Assembly (NCBI GenBank): GCA_951406725.2
Contig: OX597821.1
Span: 53,258,001 to 53,322,000, forward strand
Source of the DNA: Octopus vulgaris
Taxonomy: Eukaryota
Length of the DNA stretch: 64,000 bases
Direction: 5' to 3'
Positions 1 to 14,390 of this stretch are shown in pieces (positions within the stretch are counted from its first letter, which is position 1; the number at the start of each line of letters is the position of its first letter). Both the position numbers and the translations under genes were made by a program. A model generated the notes under the pieces. The model was not told the DNA's origin. It saw nothing but the letters and a program-made list of their open reading frames with translations, and did no database searches.

Positions 1-432
1 TTATAAAAATGTGACTTGCCACGAGGTCAGCGGTTAAGTGAGGGTGTAAGCATGGAACGTCTGCCAAATTTCAATCGGAATGTAGAAAACTGAAACGAGT
101 ATATCAAAGTAACAGGGCCCAAAATTTTACATTTAATCACTCAACTGACCTGTATTCATTATTTTTTTTATTGAAGCCGAAAAGATCAAAAGAGTAACTT
201 GACCGTGGGTGGTGTGGTCTCTTACCATTCAGTAATCAAATGATCACTAAGTGTAGAGGGACAGGACAAATAATACGTGATATTCAGTCTTAAGCGTTTA
301 CACAGTAAATAACCAACTTACAATAGTGTATAAATATTTTTTCTGTCTCAATATGCATATGCGTATATATTCTATAGATAGGATTAAAGTCCAAGCTGAT
401 TAAAACTACCAGTGAAGTCATACATTTTCTTT

Positions 433-473
<41 letters not shown>

Positions 474-475
474 TA

Positions 476-506
<31 letters not shown>

Positions 507-2214
507 TATACATTTATGTGTGTGTATAAGTGTGAATGTGTGTGTGTGTTTCAAATAATGAAGCTAATATTTTCTTGGTTCTTAAACACGCTCTACATAA
601 CTGCATTAATATATGTCTCGATCTACTGATGTCTGCATTCTATATTTGATGAAGGTTTCTTTCCTTATCCGTACATTGTTTCCGGCTTTGTATATGAAGT
701 AATAATCACTTTTAAGGATTTGAAATGTAATTATCATATACCCACTTCTAATATTCCATGTATCAATATAATTTTATTATATGACAGACACATAGACAGC
801 TGATAAACAAATACTTGAATGACTATATGTTTTATTTGCAGTTTCTAAAATTAGTGATATTGTCTTAGAAGTTCTCTTCCTGAAGACTATAAAGTATATC
901 GTTCCAATTTAGAGAATGTAATTGATTTCTTGAGAGCTATACTTAATCCGGCGGCCAGTTTAACACAACTATCTGACTGTTGGTTCTTTGATGAAAGCTC
1001 ATTTAGTTGCAAGCATTCAGACCTGATTTCGCAATCTGGGGATGACGTATTTTCTATTTTCTTAATGATCAGAAAAATGGGTAATTCTGGTTAGGAATGT
1101 CACAAAAAGCAACTCCGAAATTTAAATTATTTTTGTTGAAAATGTTTCATACTGCAAACAACATCGCGCCATCCATGGCCATCATGTATAGTTTTAGAAG
1201 AATTTTCCGGGATTGTATGTGAGAAATGTAATTGATTCTTAGAGAGTGGGAGAAGAAAGGACTCAATTGTACTTGATAGACCTCGGAGACATGAAACTCC
1301 CTCGTTCATGGGAATTTAAATCAGACACAAACTACCTAACAATTGCTCTAATATTTAACGATGTTGTCCATCACTTACCAATAACAAATATTTACAAATC
1401 CACTGAATTTCATTGAATTGAAAATGAATGAAGTCTGGCTTGTATGAAGATATCGAACTGCTAAACCGATAAGTTATACATTTCATAAATAAAGTTTCTT
1501 TCATTAAAATATTTTTTCACTTATTTACAATGATTTATTTAAGAAGATTTGGTAACGGATTAATAAAAGCGTTGTAAATGCTTCCAGCTATATTTTTAAT
1601 TATACAAGTCGGAAATTATATTTCCGCGTTTTAATGAAATTTATAGAACGTTTGCTTTAAACATAAATGTTGCTTGCTACGATACACAGAAAATATTCTG
1701 CATTGTGCCAAATCGTAATCCATGTTTAACTGAATATATATTTACATTCAGTGTTAAGTTTTTTCAAAGAAAACATAAAAATTATCTTTTCAAGTTTCTA
1801 TTATTTCAACATGTTTGGTTTCTAATTTTACAAAAATATTGTGAATGAATTCCATAGCACAAGTGTTTTTATATAATCGATATTATTATTTAACATGAAA
1901 GTAGCTGCATACTATTACAGGGAATGAATTAGGCAAAGAAAGTAATAGATTAAAATTCATGAAGTTCTAAATGTCTACACGCCCTCCCGTCATGAACATT
2001 GCATTTTCAATCATAGTGTACCTAGAACTATATTATACTATTTATATATTTTTTTCTTCTCGAGATGATTGGTAAACATTTTTGCGAGATTTGGCTAAAT
2101 GTTCCTGCTGGTCACACCATGCTACCGTCCTCGGATCATAATAATGCTAAATAGGTTAAAAACTTGTCCGAAAGATAAAACCTTCACCACTTTGTTTCAT
2201 ACTTCAGTGTTATA

Positions 2215-2421
2215 GGGGCAGTATGCTGACAGAATAGTTTGTACACTGGACAAAAATTTCAAAGCATTTCCTTTGGTTTTAATTTCTGAGTTTAACTTCC
2301 ACATAGGCGGATTTTACCTTTCATTATTTTGCGGTCGATAAAATAATTGAGCATTGGGATCAACGTAATCGACATTACCATCCTTTAAAATTTCTGTGCT
2401 TGTTCCAAAATTTGAAACCAG
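2215..2421 (+). mobile_element. Degenerate tRNA-derived SINE (same family as 61855-62236)
   Basis: Collinear, diverged match to the better copies: TCTGAGTTTAACTTCCAC...TTTACCTTTCAT...GGTCGATAAAATAA...GTAATCGAC...CCAAAATTTGAAACC. Confidence 0.6.
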
Positions 2422-4680
2422 TCTTAGGAGATCGAGGCCTAAATATTATCTACAGCCACATTACTATTGTCTGGAGATTTTACGAGAGAATCATTTCCGT
2501 AACTCAAGGGATTTTTATATGTTATTCCATGTCTTTACGCAATCGTTTATCTTTGTTCCGATCGCGAATCTATAACGATTTAATTGAGGAACGCTGATTG
2601 TTGATATTTACAATATTGATTAGGAAGAAAAATTAAAAATATTTAAGTAATATTAAATTAATAGAAAATAAATATGGAAAAATATGAAGAAGAGCAGTTA
2701 GAGTAAATAGTATAGGGTGATACCTTGAATGAATACAGTTATATCATTCTACGAATTATTTAAGTACTATTTACCGAAATATATATGATACAATATACAG
2801 AAAATAAAGATATAAATATACCAGCTTTGAAAAATGCTTTTGACAGAAATGTTATATAAAACGCTAAAGAAACTATAAAAATATGGAAGAATAATTTTGT
2901 AATGAAACTAGTGTAATGTATCTATATAGACACAGAGTAACATAGTTATGCATGTGTGTAGGTGAATGTGTATATGCATGTGTATGTGTGCGTGTCTGTA
3001 TTTATGTGTGTGCGTGATTGTTTTTATGTAACTATCTGTAAGTATGCTTACTGATATTCGTAACATGAAATTAAGTCATGTTATTAGTGAGTAATGTTTT
3101 GAAATATTTCCGACTGAACTTTTCTTGGACATATAAAATCTTATGAAAAAAATGAAATATTAAATGCTAAGAAACATAGTGAGTTATTCTATAAGATGTT
3201 CTCCCCTCTTAATGCAATTTTAAATATATACATGTTGTTTTCTGATACAATTAGAGCATCAGAGTTTTTTTTTAAATTGGAAATTAGTTCTGTAAAGGTT
3301 AGTCCTAAATTTTTTCTTAAAATTGTTTTGTCGAAATTTTTTTCAAAAGAAACATGTTGCGGCTGATTATCCCCAGGTGAATCTTGATGAAGCAAACCTA
3401 TGATGAAGCTTATCCCCACCGTGACCATTGATGTCCATTTATACATTTCTAGAAATAAACTAAAGTTGGGTGTATAAGTTGCATATGTGTGCATGTGTGT
3501 GATTATTTGTCACTCTGACAGCAACTGCGTACCTAAATGTAGCAATTAAAGAATATGATATCAGTTAGCAAACAGTATATTATGTACCGCTTTTTCTTCT
3601 CAATATTCTACGTAACATAATTGTTTTTCTTTTCATATTTTTTGCTTGCCACGTTTCATTTGTGTTTGTAATAATACTTAACTATGTCGTATACTTTTGC
3701 ATTTGATATGCATTAACCGTTATATTTAATGTTCAGTACACCTTTATTTCAAAGCTAATTTTGTTTCATAAAATTTCTGAGCTTGGTTATATATATATTT
3801 GTCTAATAAAGCTGTAATACAGTCAAAGCGGCAGGCATTATGAAATCAGTGTTCACAAAGAGAGTGAATGAGAGTAAAATCAAAGAGGTCAGTCATTACA
3901 AGATTTAAAATCCATGATCACAATTTTGGTATATAAAAATGATAAAGCATTATTGTGAAATTTATGTTATTTTGAGAATGCACGATGAGAAGGTTTTCTT
4001 TCTAAAGTTGTATATGAATTTTCCAGCCAAGTCTCTTGTAAATCACGAAGTTGTTAAACACGCCAACCATGTCAGGATTTATTACTTTGTAGAACATTCG
4101 TTTCACTTCTAACGTTCATTTGCATTACATCAAAGAGTCGTTTTTTTCCCTGCATAATCATAGACTACCAGATTGAATGACACAAATTTCGTCATCATAG
4201 CTGAATTATTACCATGTGCTTTTCATGTGAAATCTCTACGTCATTAGCTTGGCTCTTGGCTCTCAGCTAGATTGCACAACGCCTCAGATCGATGCATCTC
4301 CTAAAATGTTGACATATAACCTCGAATGGATAAAAATAAGGTAAAAGTATTTTAATGAATATACAAGAAACACATTAGTGTATACTTCTGAATTGACTTT
4401 ACTACCTAACTAATGCTGGATATATCATGTTTTTTCCTCTGTCCTATCTTTCATAAAGAATACAAAACTTGTACACTTTAGTTCTCTATTTATGTACTTT
4501 TTATATTAAATCTTGTTTCTGACCACCCACAAGTGTTATATATATTAGCATGTCTAAAATGAAAACCATTTAGATTGTAACATGTAATTACGTGCATTTA
4601 TTATATAGACAAATGGCTCTTCTATACACTGTAAATATCTAAGCGTTCCAACGTTTACAAATCAGTTTCTTCATACGGAG

Positions 4681-4715
<35 letters not shown>

Positions 4716-4746
4716 CATATATATATAGAGAGAGAGAGATAGATAG

Positions 4747-4780
<34 letters not shown>

Positions 4781-6649
4781 GGAGATGAATCCATGTATAT
4801 ATATGTGCGGATGGGCGTTAATCAACATTAAACATGATGTAGGATTCTTACTATATTACCCACACAACATTCATATGAACACAGATTATTTTAATATTTG
4901 TACGTGTAATTCTATTTATACACAACACTACTTAGCGCTTTCGTTCGCTACTTCATTTACGGTGAGCCACCGAATGCACAACTAGTCATAGTACGATGAT
5001 GGGATTATAATAAGAGCAACTTCTTTCTCTTTTCAGTTCGTTATGTGTGCCTTTCTTGTTTCTGGAGCTGAAGAGGAAAAAACCCACTCCGAAATGCATG
5101 CATCCATCAGTCTGGTTTTAGGGGTGGGGGCCCTTCGAACTGTCTGAATGTGTTTACAACTTAATTGTCTATAGCGCGAAATTATCTCCATAAATTCCAA
5201 TAGCTTTGGTACGAGGTCAAATAAACCTTAAGTATATTTGAAAAGGTAACAGTTTTGTATTTATGCTGCTCATTACTGGTTAGTGCTTTTGTTCCAATAG
5301 TCATTTGAATGGACTTCTACATTAGAACTTAAATTGACACAGAAGTATTGCCCTATGATTCTATAAGCATATATGATAAGTTTGTTGCTATTATGACTTT
5401 CATGGATGAAAATGACAATTTAAGAAGTTACTGCAATTTAAGAAGTTACACTAATTATATTCAGAAAAATTTTCTTAAGATCTTTATGGGAGACAGATAC
5501 TTTCATCTTTTATTGAATAATCGTTACTTCAATACTAGAAAAAAACCTGCTGTGTACTACAGAAAATGTTCTCAGAATGTTTCAATTCACGACCATGCCA
5601 AAAGACATTAGGTAATAATAATATACGCCTACATATTTTCATGACCAAAATAACTATATTTACATTCTGTCAGGTAAGACGTAATGCTTTCAAATGTTTT
5701 TGTATTTTCCGTTTAGAGGCACTTAATTTGCTGTCAAACATTCTAGAAACTTCTGAAACTTCAGAAAACTAGAAAGAAATATCTCTAGAATGTTCTTCTC
5801 AGATCAATCATGACCGTGACTCGACTTCGCAGCATAAATCTTGTTTTGTGACTAAATAAATACAAGTAAGAATTTTAGGAAAATAAGTCACGAGCACTTA
5901 CTTAATATGATTTCTTTGATTGACTGAACACTGTGTGTGGAAGGTCATTTGGCTGGTATATATATTAGGTTGTATGCATATATAAATTTAAGTATATATA
6001 TTAATATATATATATATATACGCGTATGTGTACAAAGGAAAGAAAAATATGCTTAACTCATGTAGGGAATATATGCCTAGCCGCATACATACACGCTCGT
6101 ATATATATACATATATATGCAGTTGAGTGTTAGTGTGTTTATGTATGCGTGTATGTAAATATATATGCTCGAAATCATAATACATGCATAATACATGTTG
6201 TAAAGTTACTAATAATAAAAGTAATTAAAAGCGTGAATTTTCGTCAGTATCATTCCAGTTGTTTTGTACCCAGGTTTTGAAACATCTAAAGATATTTTAA
6301 AAAACACTCATGCTGTACAACTTCTATGTAAAGTTTGTCGGTTGGCATGGCACATAGTAATTTATGTAGAAGCAAAAATGAACATAATTAGAGTAAGACA
6401 TTTTAGAACAAGACAAAATAAACGGATCGATTGTTAAAGAAGGAAAGAGATAGTGAGAAAGAGAGAGAGGTGGAGGGAAGGGAGAGAAAGCGAGAGAAAG
6501 GTGTGAGAGAGAAAGATAGAGTGTATAAGACTGGAGGAATCACAATTGATAACTGAATGAAGCGAAAGACACTGTATAGTATTCCCATACATTTGATGAT
6601 CTGAACGTCTATACCATGATTCCATACCAATATGGACTAGATGCAATAG

Positions 6650-7500
6650 GTTTCTATATCGAAACTTCCCTAATTAAACCCCAGACATAATTGAACGAAG
6701 ATTCATAATCTGAAGATTAAAATTCATCTTTGAAAACAACACTTGACTTCAATGGCAATATTTACAAGGAAATATCTGGGACTACGATGGTTGCAAAAGT
6801 TGCTCCGACTGATGCCAATTCAGTTATGGTGTTCCGGATTTATGAATAATCTCAATTAAAATTCGGCTTGGACTTCCAGAAATATTTACTAGAAGACTGG
6901 AAACGTTACTTAGCTGACTGACTGAATCTGAAGAAATAAACTTTTGACGGGCTTATTGATTTATAAAAACCTAATGAACAACGTAAATAATAGTTCTTAC
7001 TTCTCTATGTAACACAGTAAATCTAAACTACTGTTTCTGGACATTCTAATCAATAAAAGAGACACAAAGACCAAAATAGGTTTTAAACAATGCCTGCTTT
7101 TTTTTCCCACGCCATCCTAACACACAAAAAGTAATTTTCCTTTTAATTTAGCAGGAGGAATCTTTACAACTGTTGTAAAGTACGAAACTCGTAATAAAAG
7201 ACTGTGGGAATTAAGAAATTATTACTAGAAAAACGATAACAGTGTTAATAGACAACACAAGAGAACGTGCAAATACTACTAAAAACAAAAAGACTTGAGA
7301 TACGTCCAATACTTTACCCTTTATTATAACATACAAACCAAAAGACATAGTTTTACAGCATTACCTATCAGATCATTGCATGCACTATGTAATCTAAATC
7401 AAAAGGCAATCAAAATCCGTAATAAAACTACTCATCAGCGCTAAATTGCCCTCCACATACCCGACACTATGAGTCAAAATGTGTTGCTACGCTTCTTGGT
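6650..7500 (+). mobile_element. Decayed Penelope-like element, reverse transcriptase region
   Basis: Manual translation across frameshifts: KFIFENN / DFNGNIYKEISGTTMVAKVAPTDANSVM (PLE GTAMGTKVAPTYAN motif), EDWKRYLAD* (WxRYLDD), LLFLDILINK, NFPFNLAGGIFTTV; stops and frameshifts present. Confidence 0.8.
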
Positions 7501-7915
7501 GACTTGCATCAATCTCATTAATTGTTTGGGACTGTCACTACACCAAACCAGTTAACCGTGTCAGACTTAGGTTTCGACGGAAGAAAATAGTGTCATATGA
7601 CATCGACGCATAGCAGAAGAGGGGAGCTTACAAAAATTTCTAATTCTAACTACGTGATCACCGCAGAGGAAGTTGCATGACATGCGTGTACTATTCTGCA
7701 ATCGTTCAGGCTCCAAATAAAACACGGGTACTCTTTGAGATTAATCAATAGGAAAAAGGGAACGGGGAAAGAAATGAGAGAAAGAGGTAACATAAATGAA
7801 ACATGGTGGCCCTTTTGAGGAAACTATAAAATTTATCCGACTGTATTTCTATGAAACCATGTGAATTACAGCATCTCACATTTAAATCATATGTTCGTGT
7901 ATATATATGCATATA

Positions 7916-7973
<58 letters not shown>

Positions 7974-8644
7974 TAATCCCACCGAGGAAAAAATCCCCCC
8001 GAACATAAAGTCATTTTAGATTAACATTTATTGCATTGAGAAATAACATCAGAAATCAGCATGGTTTATATCATTCAGTTCTTTTAAAATTATTTTATAT
8101 AATTAATAATTTTTCACTGTATAATGTCTGTCACAAAAAATGGAGACACACGTATAGGCACACCTGCTCACGTGGATGTGTGAGTGTATGCATATAACTT
8201 TTAAGTTCAATCATATTTCCTATTTACACGTAATGCATATAGAAAGACGAAATTGCATGTATAAACGCACAATTTACTACACTATTTGGAAGGTAAATGT
8301 AAAACTTGTTTTTTTATCGACACAATAATATTTATAAAGCAATATCGTTGCACACAATATTGTAAACAATCTGTTCAGGATCACGACGACAACGATGACT
8401 ATGCTGACGACTACGACGACAAAAAATCCGATTGTTGTATTTTATAGTAATCAATGCATCAACTATTTCCCTTTCCAAACAAAAATTTGGCGAGATTTCG
8501 AAATTTCTAAAGTCTTATGTTTACACAGACAGAAGGAGAGGGAAAAGGAAAAGAGTAAAAGAAACAGATGGGGACGGAAACAATGAGAGAGAGAAAAAAA
8601 ACCCAGTAATACAATGAAAGAGGGGAAAGGGAAAATGCAGAAGT

Positions 8645-8647
<3 letters not shown>

Positions 8648-8706
<59 letters not shown>
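8648..8706. repeat. (GA)n microsatellite
   Basis: Perfect GA run. Confidence 0.95.
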
Positions 8707-8712
<6 letters not shown>

Positions 8713-9889
8713 ACAGAGTGAGTGAAACAATGGAAGAGAGACGGAGAGAATCGGGACAGATAAAAAAGATAATAGTTCATAGACAAAAGAACAAGGATGA
8801 AGAATATGATGTCAAAGATTATGATAGTAGTGGTGATGATGATAAAAATAGGAAAACTGAAGAAAAAAATGGTGGTGGCGCTGGTGATGGGTTGTGTTTA
8901 CCGAGCAAACAATTATGCTTCCTCACGTCCAACACGAGATAATATTATCTAGCAGCAGATAATTGTCCTGATCTCCACTTTCATGTTTACATGTTCGATA
9001 TCGGATTATAAACTCCTGTTGCCACCAATCCGACACGATTTCACTACTGAGGCCCATAATGCTGATCTAACCTTTGCTCATACTGAAATGTAAGCAATGA
9101 CATCTACCACGTCTTACCTCCCCATTATGTATGCGTTTGTATGTGTTTGTGTTTATGTTTATGCCCGATTGTGTGTGTTTGCATATAAAGATGTTTGTGT
9201 ATACGGTAGAATCGAGTACGAAACAGTTTAAACCTAAAAAGAGAAAATACTGAGTTTGTTACGTTTCACACAATACTCTTATTTCTTCATTTCTTATCCA
9301 AAGTCATTCCTCAGTCGGCACTGGCTGATGGCATAGATACTCTGAGCATTCGTCTGGTTCAATGATAATAATAATCCTTTCTGTAATAGGCACAAGAGTT
9401 GAAATTTTGAGGTGATAAACGAGAATATCCATTTCATGCCATATTTGAGATTAGATCTAATACTTGTTGTTAATCAGTAACTGTTATAGTTAAAAATGCC
9501 GGGAAAGGAATTAACTTTTAAAGAAAATCGCTAAACTATGACAAATTGTTTTGTTCTGAAGCATCATATTCCCCGTTTCTTTGACAAAGTATCCCCCTCC
9601 AAATGTCAAATGTCACCTCCAGGACAGACAAAAGATATTGTATTATCATTTTATATCGTACAAATCAGTACTATATGACTGTAACATTCTCAAATTTTAG
9701 TTCCTATTTGAAGCTGTGTAACTTCAAATAGACTTAAGCTTTAGATCTACCTTAATTCGATCGAATATATTAATTGTATATTGTTAAATAAAAGCTATCA
9801 ATATATAATTGATATCATTTGCTTCTAGAATTTATTATATAGAAATATATATCTCGTGCATTTGATTATTCCTATACACACACACACTA

Positions 9890-10170
9890 AGTGTATGTAT
9901 ATATATATATCTATATATATATATATATATACATATGTATATATATATATACATACAAATATATATACACATATATATATACATATATATATATGTGTGT
10001 GTGTGTGTGTTTGTGTGTCAGTATGTGTATGTGTGTATGTATATGCATATTTACAAATGTATATTCATATATATATATAGATATATGTGTGTGAATATAT
10101 GCATGTATATATATATATGTGTGTGTGCGTGTGTATATATGTATCTATATATGAATGTATGTATGTATGA
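9890..10170. repeat. Compound (TA)/(TG)/(TATG) microsatellite
   Basis: Directly visible; explains the YI/CV-rich ORFs. Confidence 0.9.
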
Positions 10171-10499
10171 GTATACACACCAGTGAATGGACAAACGAAA
10201 GATGAAAGCACTAAATAGATTAAATAGGAGTTACATACATATTCAAAAGAGATTGATTCTTGTATATATACTCATGTGTTTTAGTGTTCATTTGCGTATG
10301 TATGCTTGCCTGTTAATATAACCGATGTACCTATCGTCTATTGTAAATCTGTATATTTTCATATCCTTTTGCTTACATACATGTGCATATACATATATAT
10401 ATATATACACCTACACACACACACATACATCTATTTACATAACAGCCCACTAACTATTCTACTCTATCTGTGTAAAGTGTGGCTATGGGGGAATGATAT

Positions 10500-11090
10500 C
10501 TACCATGTATATTTCATATTTAGTATTGATGAAATTTCATTTATAAGGACATTTTCCCTATTTGTCTGAGTATTGTGTCCTTTGGGTGCTTGGATAAGAT
10601 GCGGATGTGAAGCTGACCCAGGTTGCCTCCATGTTGGTCCTTAGCATGTTGGTAGAGTTTGGAGGACTGTTTATTATCATCATATTATCTCAAATGTTCA
10701 TTTAGTCGTTCAACAATGCTCCTAGCTTTCTCCCTTATGTATGTCACGTTCATGTCTTTACAAGCACCTTCTATGCTACTTATACTGTAAACTACATTTC
10801 TAGTTCTACAGTTAATGCCAGGGCTAATCCTACATGCCATGTAGTTATCAATGGTGCATATGGTATTCTCAAAGCGGTACGCCCTACATAGTTGTGATCT
10901 GACGGAGTTCCCAGGCATTTTCATCAATCTTAATGTTGAGCTTGGTCTCCTTCAGAGCATTTCTAAATCTACAGGCTAGTTCTCCATGGGCTGAGGCCTC
11001 TATAAACATCCCTCTTTGATATTTGTCAGTTTTATACCACGTTTCGCCCTGTTTGCTTTGTCACAAGTTCTTTGTATCCTATTCCAGTCC
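10500..11090 (-). mobile_element. Penelope-like element, GIY-YIG endonuclease fragment
   Basis: ORF 10685-10927: CRTRNVVYSISS...CKDMNVTYIREKARSIVERLNEHLR matches PLE C-x-x-x-NVVY...YIGET-x-R-x-x-x-ERL-x-EH. Confidence 0.8.
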
Positions 11091-11099
11091 TTGTACAGA

Positions 11100-11260
11100 T
11101 GTCTCCAGGTGTCAGTGTGAGCGCGGAAGATCTCAGTAAAATCGGTAATTGCAACAACTTGAACGACCTCACAGGTTGTGGGTAGTATGGATGTAATTTC
11201 ACTCTACACATCTATAGACATATATTTACAATGGAGAAATGCATTCAGGTAACCTGTGAG
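11100..11260 (+). mobile_element. Penelope-like RT fragment (motif A), inverted relative to the adjacent GIY-YIG piece
   Basis: 11178-11219 encodes VGSMDVISLYTSID (PLE S-x-DV-x-SLYTNI motif). Confidence 0.65.
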
Positions 11261-11717
11261 AGTGAAGTCGAGATCTGTAAGATTAACACGAGGTTCTTAT
11301 TAAAGAGCCACCCAATAATTTTTCTTTACTAATGAAGTACTAAAACCTATGTGAAGACATATTCATCAATAATATTGCAAAAAATTTTCACCATATTTTG
11401 TAGCCGAAATGATATATTATGTTAACATCCTACAAGCAGATAATGATGGATATGCAATAGCTCATTTACTCCTCGTTAGCAAGAACATATTCAAGAAAGT
11501 CGATATTCATATCAAAATTAGATTAAATTAATCGTAATGTTAACTGCGTTTAGCATAGCTTATTCTCGTAAATAACGGAATGGCTCCGTTTAATATTTTG
11601 TTTACTTTTCCATTCAATATAACCACAAAATTTCTAGTAGGCAATCCTTACAAATGCAGTGGTCCGTCTAATGAAGTTTAGGGGAAAAGTTAGTATCGTG
11701 ACACACCAAAGAGGTAC

Positions 11718-11719
<2 letters not shown>

Positions 11720-11770
<51 letters not shown>

Positions 11771-12120
11771 ATATGTATGTATGTATATATATACATATAC
11801 ATTTATATATATATATGCATATATATATATTATATACATATACATAATTATTCATATATCTGTACATATATACATAGATACATATATATATATATTATAC
11901 ACATATATATATACATATATATATATATGTATATATTATATACATACATATATATGCACATATACATTGTATACATATATATATATATTCATATATATAT
12001 TATATGCATATATATTATATACATATATATATTATATGCATATATATTATATACATATTTATATATTAAATGCATATATAAATTATATACATATTGTATA
12101 TATAGATATATATAGATATG

Positions 12121-12167
<47 letters not shown>

Positions 12168-12362
12168 GTGTATGTATATATATGTATGTATATATATGTA
12201 TATATATATATATGTATAGATGTATATGTATATATGTATGTTTATGTATGTATGTATATGTATGTATGTATATATATATATGTATATGTATGTATATGTA
12301 TGTATATATGTATATATATATGTATGTATATATATGTATATATATATGTATGTATATATATA
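11720..12362. repeat. Long compound (TA)n/(TATG)n array
   Basis: Directly visible; the 264-aa ORF over it is an artefact. Confidence 0.95.
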
Positions 12363-12673
12363 TGGGGATTGCACCTAGAAAGTTACCCTCCTAGACACAA
12401 CTCTGGGCAAGGTTGTTTTTTATGGAGGGCCAGCAGTCGCCCATGCATACCAGCCTCCCTTCTCCACGCCACCAGTGTTGTCCAAGGGAAAGACAAAGGT
12501 CGATACAGCTTGGCACCAGTGACGTCGCAACTCATTTTTACAGCTGAGTGAACAGGAGCAACGTGAAATAAAGTGCCTTGCTCGAGAACACAACACGCAG
12601 CCCGGTCCGGGATTCGAGCTCACAACCTCACGATCGTAAGCTCGACGCTGTAACCACTGAGCCATGCGCCTTC
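12363..12673 (-). mobile_element. tRNA-derived SINE inserted in a TA array
   Basis: Minus strand begins GAAGGCGCATGGCTCAGTGG (A box) ... GCTCGAATCCCGG (B-box-like), then GAGCAAGGCACTTTATTTCACGTTGCTCC...CACTCAGCTGTAAAAATG central domain. Confidence 0.85.
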
Positions 12674-12939
12674 ATATATATATGTATATATATATGTATA
12701 TATATATATATGTATGTATATATATATATATATGTATGTATATATATATATATGTATGTATATATATATATATGTATATATATGTATATATATATGTGTA
12801 TATATATATGTATATATATATATGTATATATATATATGTATATGTATATATATATATATGTATATATATATGTATATATATATATATCTATATATATATG
12901 TATATATATATATATGTATATATATGTATATATATATGC

Positions 12940-12973
<34 letters not shown>
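12674..12973. repeat. (TA)n/(TATG)n array
   Basis: Directly visible. Confidence 0.95.
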
Positions 12974-12974
<1 letters not shown>

Positions 12975-13004
12975 ATTCTTTTTGTTTTACCTTTTTGTTT
13001 TATT

Positions 13005-13418
13005 TGTTTCAGTCATTTGAATGTGACCATGCTGGAGCACCGCATTTAGTCGAACAAATTGACCACAGGACTCATTCTTTGTCATCCTAGTACTTATTCT
13101 ATCGGTTTCTTTGGCCGAACCGTTTAGTTACGGGGACGTAAACACACTAGCATCAGATGTCAAGTGATGGTGGGGGGACAAACACAGGCTCACAAACACA
13201 GACACACATACACTAACATACACACACTTATATATATATATATATATATATGTATGACGGGCTTCTTTCAGTTTCCGTCTCCCAAATCTACTCACAAGGC
13301 TTTGGTTGGCCCGAGGCTATAGTAGAAAACACTTGCCCAAGGTGCCACGCAGTGGTACTGATCCCTGAACCATGTGATTGTTAAGCAAGCTACTTACCAC
13401 ACAGCCACTCCTACGCCT
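13005..13418 (-). mobile_element. tRNA-derived SINE (Octopus-type) with internal microsatellite
   Basis: Minus head GGCGTAGGAGTGGCTGTGTGGTAAG...CATGGTTCAGGGATCAGTACCACTGCGTGGCACCTTGGGCAAGTG; the same head recurs at 53930-54055 (+) and in part at 31600-31700 (-). Confidence 0.85.
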
Positions 13419-13444
13419 TTCTGTCTATATGTTTTTTTTTTAAA

Positions 13445-14390
13445 TTGCAGCTCAAAGCAGTGGCCATGTAGTTATTATTGATAACCTCCTCTAATATGTG
13501 GCATTTGGTGAATAAGGGTGTTTGATGTCACAACCCTTATTTGCACCTCTTGCCGCAAGGTAGGTTCATTTTGGACTCTCGACAGGAGAGAGATCCAGTT
13601 TTGATTTGAAAACACCAACACCCACTTTGTGTAGGGCTCATAGGTTCTTTGGGAGAATATTAAAAAGCTGTGGTTCCTGAAACTCAGGCCGTTGCAGTAA
13701 CGTCTCCTGAAGCGCGATGGTATTGCTGTGATCTTTGGCACTGTATAGTGTCGACCCGTTCTGGCATTCGTGTAGCTTTCAATGCCAAAATTTTGCCACT
13801 ATTCCTTCCAGGATATTCCAGATGTATATTACTGCATACCTCTCTCGCCTTCGCTCCAAGGAGTAGAGTCTTAGTTGTTTCAGCGTTTCCCAGTAGCTGA
13901 GCTGTTGCAATGAGACGATCTTCGTTGTGAAGCTCCGCCGGATTGCTTCAAGGACCGCTGTTAATTTTACCCTCTTAGGTAACCATAGCTGAGAGCAGTA
14001 CTCCAGGCGGCTGGGGACGAATGTACTCCAGAGCACCATCATGGTTGCCTTCTCTCTAGTTCTGAACGTTCTCAGGATCCATCGAACCAGTCGTCTGCAC
14101 TTTGTCACCATCCTGGTAATGTGCACGTGGAAAGAGGTACCATCATTCATGTCGATACCCAGGTCTCTCACTGATTTAGGCTTTAGGATTGTAATCTCCT
14201 GTGGACCAGTGTAAGTTTTATATTTAGCTTTGGTCGCTGGTAGCGCAGGGCTTGGAACTTGTTTTCTTCAAGGAATGCAATTAGTTTCTCTCTGACTATC
14301 CGTTTCATGACTTTGCTGATGTATGAAGTCAGATAAATAGGCCTATAGTTTTTGGCATCTGGTCTGCTTCCTCCTTTATGTAAGAGCAAT
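13445..14390 (-). mobile_element. CR1/L2-group LINE relic (ORF2 RT fragments plus 3' end) with internal deletion
   Basis: LHKGGSRPDAKNYRPIYLTSYISKVMKRIV (RT domains 1-2) fused almost directly to RDLGIDM...SRLEYCSQLW...SYWETLKQLRLYSLERRRER (C-terminal region); YxDD core missing. Confidence 0.9.

Noticed and set aside
5037-5147. Plus-strand exon candidate after TTCTTTCTCTTTTCAG (FVMCAFLVSGAEEEK...)
   Set aside because: Good acceptor, but no recognisable domain, no strong donor and no partner exons
5660-5679. Plus-strand CAG|GTAAGA, and CAG|GTGAG near 26913, as recursive splice sites
   Set aside because: Pyrimidine tracts are short or interrupted; such matches are expected by chance in 64 kb
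9255-9320. Minus CTGAGGA ... GAAACGTA hammerhead-like pair
   Set aside because: Neither stem I nor stem II pairs convincingly
12595-12673. tRNA gene
   Set aside because: The A/B boxes continue into a SINE body and there is no proper acceptor stem; it is a SINE head
11757-13090. Long ORFs (264 aa, 170 aa) and all similar YI/CV/HT-rich ORFs across the window
   Set aside because: They are translations of (TA)/(TG)/(CA) microsatellites plus SINE sequence, not genes
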